This document shows positions 22,411-34,556 of a DNA stretch of 64,000 nt, piece after piece. Both the position numbers and the translations under genes were made by a program. The stretch is from positions 7,130,001 through 7,194,000 of the forward strand of contig NC_047016.1 in the NCBI RefSeq assembly GCF_902652985.1, read 5' to 3'. Within the stretch, counting starts at the first letter, position 1. Each line of letters begins with the position of its first letter. Under the pieces are notes generated by a model. That model saw only the letters and a list, made by a program, of their open reading frames with translations, ran no database searches and had not been told where the DNA came from. This stretch comes from Pecten maximus. Taxonomy: Eukaryota.

Positions 22411-25400
22411 CTAATAGTAGTAACAATGGTAGATATGCCAGGTTGGTGGGCCGTCGACGTATGGAACACTGCCTTCGGACTTGTCTATGTTTCCGTTAGG
22501 CTCGCTGTCAAAGAAGGTGTATCCCGGCTCTACCGTCATACCAGTGATTAACTGACAGCTAGCCATCGTGTATCGGAACAGGACGAATGGTGTCGACACC
22601 GGAAACGTGGCTTCAATGGCTACCGACCCATCCTTCCTATTAACAATGAATTTGAAATATTGAGTTACTGACAAAACACTACAAGGAACATATTCTACAC
22701 TCTGTCATTCCTATACGATATCTGATATATGCTAGTTGAGTTCACACCCATTGTATATTTCTCCACGAGATAAATATAAACACTGAACCTTTATGTAAAA
22801 TGATAGGATTACCATAAAAGGATAAGCCTATTTCCCATTTCAAAAACATATGTATGCCAAGAAACTTGAAAATCAACCATAGTTAACATTCATATGTAAA
22901 GAAAGTCTAAATTTAACGTTACGATAAAAATTGAAGTTAAGAAATTCGTTATATATACAGTAACAAATCAAAGGATAGTCTAATGCCAATAACAGTTAAT
23001 CCTCTTTCTGACGTCAACAAATGGTCAATAACAGTAGGGAATCCGATTATATCTTCTGTGTCTTTTGTTCAATTCTTTTAACAGGATTATTGTTATTCTA
23101 TTTCTCGAATATAGTTAAAACGAAGATCATATTGACATAAAAAAAATACCGACATTTAAGGATTAAACTGTCTTTTTTGGTGTCTGTGGTCGATATAGAT
23201 GCAAGAGCTTTGGCATCTATATCGACCATAGACACCAATAAAGACAGTTTAATGCTTATATCTATGTTCTCGACATATTTTTTCTTGTTATTTATGAAAA
23301 TTAAAATTGAGTTAGCATAAAAAAGATGCCAATATTCAGCGATTTCGTCAATGGGGTTCGACAAATGAAAATTCATTTGTCAGGTGCAGATTGGCAAACA
23401 AAAAAGTGCATTGAAATAATTCGACACAAAACACAGTCTGTTCAATTCTTTTTATTTTTTTGTGTAACAATATTGTATAAAAATGTTTTTGATACTTTTT
23501 AATTAACAGTAAAAAACGACGTAGTCCTAGGCTTTTCCCCCCCAGAGAGCCATATATATATGGCTCTATATATATATTATTGTTTATGTTAGTTACAAGT
23601 AGTTCCGGTGAGTGAATATTATATTCATGCACGGCATCGATTGATGTCACGTTTTGGGTGTCAATTATGCTTACATAGACTGCAAATCTTTTAACTTAAT
23701 TTCTATCGTGGCTTTGCCACCAAAATGTAAATATTTAAACAACGGCATAATTCTAAGTCAAAGTTGATAAAACCGAGGGGAGTAAATAAAGAAAAGAGAG
23801 AACCTTGGACAAGTACAAAGCTTCATCGACGAAACCAACAATGAAATCCTCATTATTAAGTATGTAATGTTCGCAACGAAAATAACGATAAAGGTATCAG
23901 GCATTTGTTACAGATTATACTCCGATTCATCTACCAAACACACAATAGCTTAAAATACCATATTGAATCGATATATTGAAATATAATATAAGTATTTCAA
24001 TCTTGAGAATTCAGAAACACGTATGCAAAAAGGAACTTTACATGCAATCAGTTTCTGGTGTCTTTGTAAATCTCCCAGATAACATCAGCGGATATGTTGG
24101 TAGAACTGACATGAATCGCCCGACCTAACCTGACTTTGCTAGGTCGGCCGACCTAACCTGACTTTGCTAGGCCGACCGACCTAACCTGACGTTGCTAGGT
24201 CGGCCGACCTAACCTGACTTTGCTAGGCCGGCCGGCCGACCTAACCTGACTACATACTTGCAGCAGAAATACAAGTCGGTGTTGGCGGCGTATACTCCGT
24301 CCGGTAGAGTTCCTGTCCCCTGAGACCTATCGCTCGGCGCGCTGTCTTCCTCGTCAAAGGTAATAAGACCGATGTTAAAACCTGAAATAGACGTAATAAG
24401 GAACATCATATATTGTAATAAGGAACATCACATATTGTAATAAGGAACATCACAAAGTGTTTTAAGGAACATCACATAGTGTAATAAGGAACATCACATA
24501 GTGTAATAAGGAACATCACAAAGTGTAATAAGGAACATCACAAAGTGTTTTAAGGAACATCATATATTGTAATAAGGAACATCACATATTGTAATAAGGA
24601 ACATCACATAGTGTAATAAGGAACATCACAAAGTGTTTTAAGGAACATCACATAGTGTAATAAGGAACATCACATAGTGTAATAAGGAACATCATATATT
24701 GTAATAAGGAACATCACATATTGTAATAAGGAACATCACATAGTGTAATAAGGAACATCACAAAGTGTTTTAAGGAACATCACAAAGTGTTATAAGGAAC
24801 ATCACAAAGTGTTATAAGGAACATCACAAAGTGTAATAAGGAACATCACATAGTGTTATAAGGAACATCACAAAGTGTAATAAGGAACGTCACAAAATGT
24901 AATAAGGAACATCACATATTGTTATAAGAAACATCACAAAGTGTAATGAGGAACATCACATAGTGTAATAAGGAACATCACAAAGTGTTTTAAGGAACAT
25001 CACAAAGTGTTTTAAGGAACATCACATAGTGTAATAAGAAACATCACAAAGTGTTATAAGGAACATCACAAAGTGTAATAAGGAACATCACAAAGTGTTT
25101 TAAGGAACATCACAAAGTGTTTTAAGGAACATCACATAGTGTAATAAGAAACATCACAAAGTGTAATAAGGAACATCACAAAGTGTTATAAGGATCATCA
25201 CATAGTGTAATGAGGAACATGACATAGTGTAATATGGAACATCACATATTGTAATAAGGAACATCACATATTGTTATAAGAAACATCACATATTGTTATA
25301 AGAAACATCACATAGTGTAATAAGGAACATCACATATTGTAATAAGGAACATCACATATTGTTATAAGAAACATCACAAAGTGTAATGAGGAACATCACA

Positions 25401-28400
25401 TAGTGTAATAAGGAACATCACAAAGTGTTTTAAGGAACATCACAAAGTGTTATAAGGAACATCACATAGTGTAATATGGAACATCACAAAGTGTAATAAG
25501 GATAATCACATATTGTAATAAGGAACATCACATATTGTTATAAGGAACATCACATATTGTAATAAGGAACATAACATATTATGGTATTATCTACTGACAA
25601 TAATGGTTTTTGGTTTAGCTGGGATTATCTACTGACAATAATGGTTTTTGGTTTAGCTGGGATTATCTACTGACAATAATGGTTTTTGGTTTAGCTGGGA
25701 TTATCTACTGACAATAATGGTTTTTGGTTTAGCTGGGATTATCTACTGACAATAATGGTTTTTGGTTTAGCTGGGATTATCTACTGACAATAATGGTTTT
25801 TGGTTTAGCTGGGATTATCTACTGACAATAATGGTTTTTGGTTTACCTGGGATTATCTACTGACAATAATGGTTTTTGGTTTAGCTGGGATTATCTACTG
25901 ACAATAATGGTTTTTGGTTTACCTGGGATTATCTACTGACAATAATGGTTTGTGTTGTACCTGATATTATCTACTGACAATGATGGCCATTGTAGTACCT
26001 ACCAGCCGGACACGATCCTCCTTTTCTCAAGATGCAGTAGTCTCCCGCTGGCCATGATTCTGAGTCTCCACTACCAGTCTTGGTACAGAAATGCCACTCA
26101 ATCTGGGTCTGATTAGCATAACCTGAAGATTAAGTGGACATCTTTGGAACATGCCTATCTTAAGTGTAACGGTGAAACATTAAAACTTACATATATTTTC
26201 AATGTTGAAAATAAAGCGAAATAACTACCTTGTACATTTTCAATGTATAATGTAAACAACAAGACTTGTCCAGTTTTCGGAGGTATTATTGTCTAAAATC
26301 AAGCCAGTGGTGAAATCTAGGATCAACCTATTAATTGAAGACAACATTGAACTTCATATATATTATTGAAAGTAATACCTCTGATAAGAAGTTCCTGTTA
26401 TCCGTGATTCATAGACCACCTTAAACAGGACAAACTGGTCGTTATACTTTATAATCAAACACTTATCTCAATATTATCAATACTTGTGATACAATACAGA
26501 TTTACTTAATATGGGGCCTATTTCTCATCTATCAAGACTTATGACAAAATATCAGTTACACGATCTGATACAAGCACCTACGCGCATTACTTATACTACA
26601 GTCACCATGGCTGATGTGTTCATTTTAACCATGTTAATATTTTTAATTCTACTGAAGTATTATCACCTCTTTGTAATGACTTTTGTCCTATTTCATCCAA
26701 TATTGTTTTCAAAACCTTAATAATAAATCCTTTATAACGACTACTTACAAGTGCCGAGACGCTAATTTGAATGATATGACAACTGCCCTACAAAATACTA
26801 AACAATATGAGCTACCATGTTTATATGAAATATGAATGAAATCTTCAGCAAAATTTATAGTTATCACCATTACTAACTCTCCGTAAAAAATGTTACTATA
26901 CAACTTAAGGACAAACCAGACCAGTGAATTAAGAATAAGATTAAAGGAGAATTCACAAAAAGATTTTAGGAATATGAAGGTATATCCGATCGAATGGTGA
27001 CTAATTTTTGCTATTTAAATTTAACACATCGTGGATATACGGATAAGTGACATTGAACGACATTGCAATGGCTCTGTTACCTTGTCAATATAATCAGACT
27101 CGCACGAAAAAAATGTCCTTGTCGAGAACTAAGGTGAATAAACCTTTTAATTTGTATAAAATTTGGTTTATACCCCGAGATGGAATCAGTCTAACGTAGA
27201 ACCCTATAAACGTTGGGCATCGACATAAGATCTTGACTCTATTGAATCATGTAATACGTTTTTATGAAATGTTATTTGAAAGTTAGATCCGACAGCAGCG
27301 GACCTCACAGTCTATACAGGTTTCATATGCTGCTTACGGTAATCATGTCTTACAATATATAATATAAGATTTTCAATGAAATCATTCCAAGAAAATGAAG
27401 ACAGTTTATCTCACTGAACATGGTATAGCTGTTTTGGGTTCCATGGCGTCACTGTCTTCATAATATACTTGGGACCTTCAGCATTGGCAATAACCCTAAT
27501 TACAGTTTAATTTATCAGGTACATTCATTACTGTAGTATCCGTCAAAACAGGTTGCCATTGAATAACTCTCCTTTGCTCCAGAGGAGGTCACGATCCTTA
27601 TCGAATCCAAGCGGTCAATGCAAAGAAATCTGATAGAATGTTACTGTCGCTGTCCTCAATGTGGGGCTATTGTTATAACGGTAAACTTTCTCGAGAATCG
27701 GACGCTCATAGACAGTGTTGAAACAAACACTGATTTCCTCAACGGTTCACTGCAGAACAATGATCATCCATACGTAATCGTAATTGAAATATTTTAAAAA
27801 CTTTTGCTTAGTTAGACTTTGCACGAGTACTTGTCTCGGTCAGAGTGTACTCATAATTAAATGATTTTGTAACCGAAAAACTCATTTTTTGTGATTGTCT
27901 TGATCCGCCACCTTAAAAAGACTGTTCCCTAACGACAATGAGTACACTAGCAGGAAAAAACCCCTGTGTTTGTGTCTATGACCTTGCTATTTCTTTTATC
28001 CATCTTCAGTAGTTGAATTTGATTATCTACTTGCTTGTTATTAAGTATTGATCTGACTGGTATTAAGATGTTTGGCTCGACTTGCACTCGGTGACATCAC
28101 TCTTCTGAAGGGATGGGTGACATACTCAACAGTTAACCGATTGTTTGGGTCTAATGTAAGAAGGGACGGGTATTGTAACAACTGTGATGTATAATTAGGA
28201 TTGACAACAGTATTACTCTTATACATTAAATCCATTGAAGGTTTTACTTTTACTATTTTGATGTATATACCTTGTAGGTTATTGTTGGTGGAGAAGGTGC
28301 TGTACCCGGTTTTCTCAGGACGCCATATCCTTTGTCCAGTAGAGAACTGAGCAGGGCATCCATTGAACGGCTGCAGTAGTGTGTATGTGCCATTTGGCCA

Positions 28401-30217
28401 TTCTGTAAAAGCCGGTCCGTACAGTCAATTAACCTTTGTAGCGAAGTGTATCCAATAACATTTTCTTAATATGTCTATTGTGTTACACAAATGGACTTTA
28501 AGGCCTGTATCTGTTGGGGGAATAAATTCAATTTGACCAAATAGATGCACTCAGCAATCAAAAAATAACATCCAAAATCATTTTAGAGTTTCACCTCATT
28601 TTTGTATAATAAACCTTTGTCTTCACATTGAGGAGTTGCCTCCCCTTTTGTTGCACCATTGTTAATCTTAATTCATGTGTGTATATATGTTTATGTTTGT
28701 TTGCCACCTATTATATAAGTAGAGGACTAATATAGGCAATGCCTGATGTCTAATCCTATTGACAAAATTACATCTTATGTCAATAAAATATGTTGAAATT
28801 GAAATTAATATGCTTATAGATTACATAAGCTACAAATAACAGTCTGACAATGAAAACAATTTGAACTTATCTACGATATAATAGTTATTTAAACAAAATG
28901 AGTACTCGGTAATGTATCATAGTGTTACCTATATTGGGGATTTAATTGGGATATTTCGTTCTAATATTCCAGTCTGAGATTTGTTTTAATACAATGTATG
29001 TAGCATGCTCACCCTCCCCGTCACACTGATAAGCCGGAGATGACCATTGTCCATCAGCCAAACATGTGCTGGTTCCTTTGCCTACACCATGGTAGCCTGC
29101 CTCGCATGTTATGTTGACGGACACTCCCACATCTATTTTGTCTGTAGAGGCGACGGCATTCGGTGGCGTAGGGAAGGTACCAATACAGGCTGTAAATCGA
29201 GATTAATATACTTTGTATTGGTCAAACTGTAAATACATATTGTTTTATTTTTTTGTAATTTTTAAAAAGATAAAGTGTGTCAGAGATATAAAGCAGAACG
29301 ACGCGCACCTGGTATCTTAATAACTTGAATTTAACTAAAACGTATACACATATTATTTAAAGAGTGTATACAATCAATTAATCGGCTATATACTGATTAA
29401 GTCATATGTGAGGCAAAATAATAAACAAAAAATACATGCCATTTTTGATAAGTACAGTGGTTTTGTTGGACAGTGGTACACACAATAACGATCTGGACAC
29501 TGTTACCAAACCACACAACTTCTTCTGAAAATATGGAATGCAGAGAGTAACAAAACTGGGAAATATTCAAGTTATTATGAAACGTGATTAAGGGAGACAC
29601 TGTGACCTACTATTGATCTAAATCGTGAACCTTTTGACATGTAACCCGTGGTAACGACACTATTATGTGTAAAGCAAGTGTGACACAACGGAGATATCCG
29701 GATTAAAAAGGTCGAATTTCGATTTTCATTATCATTCAATAGTATTACCGTAGAGAATGTTATTTAAGTCCGAGAGAGGTTAGCATGCAGTATCTTATTG
29801 ATTTTCCAAAATATGTAACTAAGGGTCGTACTGCATAGATCAAGCTTATAAAGCCAGCTATAAAGATAGCATAAAATTAAAGATACATGTAGTAGATGTA
29901 CCGCAATGACACAACAAGAATGTGTAAAAGGACGGCCAGGAGTCATACAACAAAGAACAGCTCTCATCATCACTTACAGGAATAAAACCGAATTCTGATG
30001 TGTGTTTCCACCCGGAGGTCTGAGGAACTGCCACAGCAGTATTCTCCACCAATTCACACACGAGATTATTTCTGTTGTAGTTGATTGCGTCACACCGTCC
30101 GTTTTGGACACACATAATGCCACATTGTATCTCGCCAACATCGGACAGCGCAAAAAAAGATTCCTTTCTCGTATCGCTCTGGAAGATCCCGAGTGCCATA
30201 TAAAGGAACGGTGCCAT
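22411..30217 (-). CDS. Apextrin-like ApeC-domain protein (PAN/Apple - short Cys linker - Sushi/CCP - ApeC), about 367 aa; possibly a young pseudogene
   Basis: Exons 30217-29978 (PAN: QCGIMCVQNGRCDAINYNRNNLVCEL), 29524-29440 (GC donor), 29189-29013 (Sushi: C..PPNA..VNITCEAGY..STCLADGQWSSPAYQC), 28402-28271 (WPNGTYTLLQPFNGCP), 26122-26003 (WHFCTK..WPAGDYCILRKGGSCPAG), 24381-24258 (FDEED..GTLPDG..LYFCC), 22636-22411 (DG..PFVLFRY..C..HCYYY*). 1104 nt, phases consistent. Confidence 0.85.
23157..23258. repeat. Near-perfect ~45-bp inverted repeat (hairpin) in apextrin intron 6
   Basis: ATTAAACTGTCTTTTTTGGTGTCTGTGGTCGATATAGATGC - 10 nt loop - GCATCTATATCGACCATAGACACCAATAAAGACAGTTTAAT. Confidence 0.9.
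24119..24250. repeat. 28-bp minisatellite next to the apextrin exon-6 donor
   Basis: Unit CGACCTAACCTGACTTTGCTAGGTCGGC, about 4.5 copies, starting about 7 nt into the intron. Confidence 0.9.
24393..25582. repeat. 22-bp minisatellite next to the apextrin exon-6 acceptor
   Basis: Unit GTAATAAGGAACATCACA(T/A)AGT, about 54 copies. Confidence 0.95.
25586..26000. repeat. 38-bp minisatellite next to the apextrin exon-5 donor
   Basis: Unit ATTATCTACTGACAATAATGGTTTTTGGTTTA(G/C)CTGGG, about 10-11 copies, the last running into the donor at 26002. Confidence 0.95.
26270..26950 (+). mobile_element. Highly decayed CR1/L2-type LINE endonuclease-region fragment
   Basis: Remnant motifs GGI..L, IHRPP, DLIQAPTRIT, KDKP in broken frames. 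Confidence 0.55.
28570..28806 (+). mobile_element. LINE 3' tail remnant
   Basis: GAGGACTAATATAGGCA..TGCCTG..AATCCT stem, AATAAA, then TTGAAA TTGAAA terminal microrepeat. Confidence 0.45.
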
Positions 30218-30669
30218 AGCGACCAGAAACCTACGACAGCAACGTTAAATGTCCCATGATGCTTTCAGGTTATGTGCAATTGTAAAGTGGTTGATGTGTA
30301 ATGACCAGAAAGTAGGAAAACATAATGAATTTATTCATGAATCGCATATCAACCATGCTTTTACTTGATCAATATTTTACGTCTTGGAAACTACTTGAAA
30401 TATCAATATACTATCAATATTGAAAATATACTATCAATATTGAAAATATACTATCAATATTGAAACATTTTGCAAGATATCGGAACGGAAATTAGTTTTG
30501 ATGAAAATACTTTCTGCAGACTCCCAGTTTAACATTTAGACTGATTTACATATAGCACAACCAGTTAGATGTTAGAAATGATAACAGATACAAACGTGAT
30601 AAAAAAGGATGACGTTAAAAGTCAATTTACGTATAAAAAGAACGATATGTAGTTAAAACGAGTGGAGGT

Positions 30670-31713
30670 TGTTAGATGTGAATAGATGTCAGTTCCTATT
30701 GGGGATGATGTATAGTACCTTGGTGGTCATTCTCAGAGGCTGGTGTGTATATATGTTATCAGAGGCTGGGTTAGGTCCAGTATGGGGGGTGGTCAGTCTT
30801 CAGGACTGGTATATGCATAGCCGCCTGGTCAGTCTGGTCAGTCTCGGGGACTGATTTATAAATAGGTATGCGATCATCCAGGGGGCTGCATTGAAATAGA
30901 TTCTCAGCTCTGGTATAAATAGGTATGTGGTCATTGGGTGGACTGCCTTAAAATAGCTTCTCAGGCTGTGGTATAAATAGGTATGAGGTAATGTTTATAG
31001 TTGGTTTCTAGATGATTTATATATAGAACTTGACCATGATGTCATTCTATGATTAGACTGTGTCGGTGGTTAAGTTTAGCATCTATAGTGTAGGTAGTGG
31101 GGTTTAGTAAGTGATGTCACTGGTCAAGAATAGTTTGCTGGCCACATATAAAGGCCTGTTAACTTAGAGTAGGGGCTGCTTGTTGAGACTGATTTTGTTA
31201 GAAGAGTTTTCAGAGTGAGTCTTTGGAATAAGGGGTTAGTTTTAGATAGTTTTTAGGGTTAGTGTTTGGAGCTGGTCTTATTAACAGAGATACTTTGGAT
31301 TTTATTATCTTAGTTTAGATAGAGAGTATAGAAATGTGTAGAGTAGTTTAGTTTATGGTTTTGAGTTGTAGTTTAGTAAAGTCATAAGGAACAGTAAGAA
31401 ACTTGTATTGTGCAGTTATTTTCTTCCAGTTGGTTACTTCTAAAAAGAATTGGAGTGGATTCTATTGGATACTGCTGGAATTGATCTGACTTCATTTCTT
31501 ATTTATTTTGTGAATTATTTGTGAATTTATACGTTCTACTCCTAGAGTATATATTGGATTTGAATTTGATATATCTTGATTGGCAAGTAGTACTTTGAAT
31601 GAAACTTATATTTTAATAAAACTGAAGGAATTTGTATACCCGTGTATGTTTTTAATTTCATCGATTAACGTATGTGGTGTCAGAAGAAATAAAGGGTTAG
31701 CAGAAACGTAACA
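30670..31713 (+). mobile_element. Probable Gypsy-type LTR (solo or truncated)
   Basis: TGTTA...TAACA inverted termini; about 1.04 kb with G/T strand skew unlike the flanks; three TATAAATAGG boxes (30855-30985); AATAAA at about 31615. No matching TSD seen. Confidence 0.5.
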
Positions 31714-32602
31714 CATATGTGGATTCTAAAACGTACATGTGGTATATATAAGTGGATACCAAATGTACATGTGGTATACATATGTGGATTCTAAAACGTA
31801 CATGTGTAGTACATAAGTGGATAATAAAACGTACATTGTTATGCATAAGTGGATACTATAAAACGTACATATGCTAATACTTAAAGGATACTAAAAGGTA
31901 CATGTGTCATATTTAAGTGGATACTAAATGTACATGTGTTAGATATAAGTGGATACTAAATGTACATATGTTATACATTGGTGGATACTAAAACGTACAT
32001 GTGTTACACATAAGTGTATATTAAAACGTACATATGTTAATACAAAAAAGAGATACTTAACGTACATTTGTTATACATAAGTTGATGCTATTTGTACATG
32101 TGTTAGATATAAGTGGACATGCACACATGTTATACATAGATGGAAACTAAAACGTACAAGTGTTATACGTAAGTGTATATCAAAACGTGCATACTGTAAA
32201 AGTGGAAATATTCGCGGTGTGGAAATTTTCGCTTATTCCGCTATCAGTAAACTTCCGCGAAAATTTCCACACGCGAATATATTAACACATAAAAATACTT
32301 AATATAATCGATACAAGTTAGCGCAAAAATATCTTGACGGCGCGAAAATATCCACACCGCGAACACTTTGGAAGCTGGCTTAGCGAAACATTCCACACGC
32401 AATAATATCCACTTTTACAGTATGTTAATACATAAATGAATACTAAATCGTACATGTGTTATATATAAGTGGATACTAAAACGTACATGTGTTATACATA
32501 ATTGAATACTAAAACGTACATGTGTTATACATAGTTGAATACTAAAACGTACATGTGTAATACATAAGTTGAATACTAAAACGTACATGTGTTATACATA
32601 AT
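31705..32602. repeat. ~33-bp degenerate minisatellite
   Basis: Unit AAAACGTACATGTGTTATACATAAGTGGATACT, about 20 copies, interrupted by a MITE. Confidence 0.9.
32194..32420. mobile_element. MITE with TA target-site duplication (Tc1/mariner-type)
   Basis: TA|CTGTAAAAGTGGAAATATT ... AATATCCACTTTTACAG|TA with internal CGCGAAAAT subrepeats; it splits a minisatellite unit. Confidence 0.85.
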
Positions 32603-34556
32603 TAACAAGGCTAATTAACCAAGGACACCCATGCTTTTCACTCATTTATGTTAAATGGTTCTTTACAAAATGTCGATACTGAACTATGGTACACACACAC
32701 AAAAAGTTTGTAGCAATTTCAAAATATAATTGTTAACTTTATATTGTTATGTAAATAAGGCATGAAAGAAAACCAGAAATGAAGAATAATTTGGGTACTG
32801 CGTAATAGAAAACAGTACAAAATGGATAACTGTTAGAATGCATCATATTATTATATCTAGTGTCTTTAGTAAAATAAATGGGATAAATCTTACCAGTGTT
32901 CAATGCTTTGACAAAAATAGCTAATTAAGTGCTTGAATATCAAAATGTTACCTTGGACTCCAACAAGCCATTCTTATGCTCGATCTTGATGACCATCAGT
33001 ATGTGTCTGAACTAGTTCTTCCTTCATCACAATATAATGATAAGCCGCTTGTGACGTCATGCGTAAGGAAATGAGTTGAATGCAGAGTGGTCAATCAATG
33101 AACATATATTTACACGGATTTTACCTCATCACTACACAGGATATGTTTAACCGGAATAGCTTGCATGAAAGGATGGTTTCAAAACAAACAAATGTATTCA
33201 GAGATTCATAAAGGGCATCATTAGGTGAACAAGACTTCATTTTTTTCTACAGAACCATATCTTCATCAATATCACGAATCCTTTAAATGACATTTTGAGT
33301 AGGTAAACGTTAGTTATTTGACTATGTCACGATGTCCTCATGATGTACGGGGTTACCGAAATGTATGGTAACGGTTAAGTAGTCTACAACATTAGTATAA
33401 CATCAAATGTATACATAACGGAGGTTAATCTCCAATGTTTTGTGTGTGAACAGATGATAAGTATCTATTTTATAAGGACTCCTCAGGTGCATTTTTGTTA
33501 TGATGAAATTTCATTTTGTCTAGACGTATTGGCCCCAACAGAATGCTGCATTTGTATGATAAATCGTCTATATATTCTAGAAAAATATTTATTATTGTGC
33601 AGGATGTTTACCTTTCCATTTATAGCTAAATATTGGATAAGAGTTTCGTTGTCCAAAAAAAAAAGAAAGAAGAAATAATAGAAAAAAAAATTGTTAGTCA
33701 ATGATAAATTTAAGGACGACTTCGGCATCTTCTCTTTTGTGAAGCTGAAAGGAAATATCAATTCTACAATTAAGTTTATCAAAACATTTCTAGATCGTCT
33801 GGCTGACAAAATCTGTGTCGATGAGTGGCAGGATTTGTCGACAGACTTTTGGCTCATTGATCATGTGTACCTCACTTCATTGACCTGTTTTTATTTTTAT
33901 AAGAGGCTTATTTAATCGAAAAGCTTATTAGCTTATTAACAGATAGCAAATGACTGGCTGAGTCATCTTATTTCCTATTTTGCTAATTTGTTGATGCGTT
34001 GTCCTTACATTTTAACAAAGTATTGACCATGTTGATGAATTATACACAGATACGCATGTTTCTGATAACAAGCATACACTCTGCATCATATTTACAATCT
34101 TTGATAGTTCACAATGTTTATCATTATCATAATAAAAAAAATCATAATAGCTCCATTTTTCTTTGAATGTATATTTCTGTGTTTGCCATTTTCAGTGTCC
34201 ATCTTATTCAATTTCAAATATTCGAAAGGAAGTCATTCGACATGTCAACAATTCTCATTTGTGAAAGATCATGTTCTGAAATTTAACGGTGAATGAGTTT
34301 TGATATATTGTATATATAAGGTTTGAATATTTTAAAGTGATGTATTTGAACTTTCTTGTATTCTAAATATAAACCTTTTTTTGTATCAACACGTGAGGGT
34401 TTATTAGCTAATAATGGTATTCCCTGTGTATAATGTACCCTAGATATCTTGACATCAGCCTCTTATCAAGATATTTACTTCCAACGTTACCAGCACGGTG
34501 TAATGACATACAAGATGTATCATAATTGTGATGATTTTAATTTCTTCCATTTCTAG

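Noticed and set aside
24393-26000. CRISPR-like appearance of 22-39-bp repeats here and elsewhere
   Set aside because: Units are head-to-tail with no unique spacers, there are no cas genes, and the context is eukaryotic introns.
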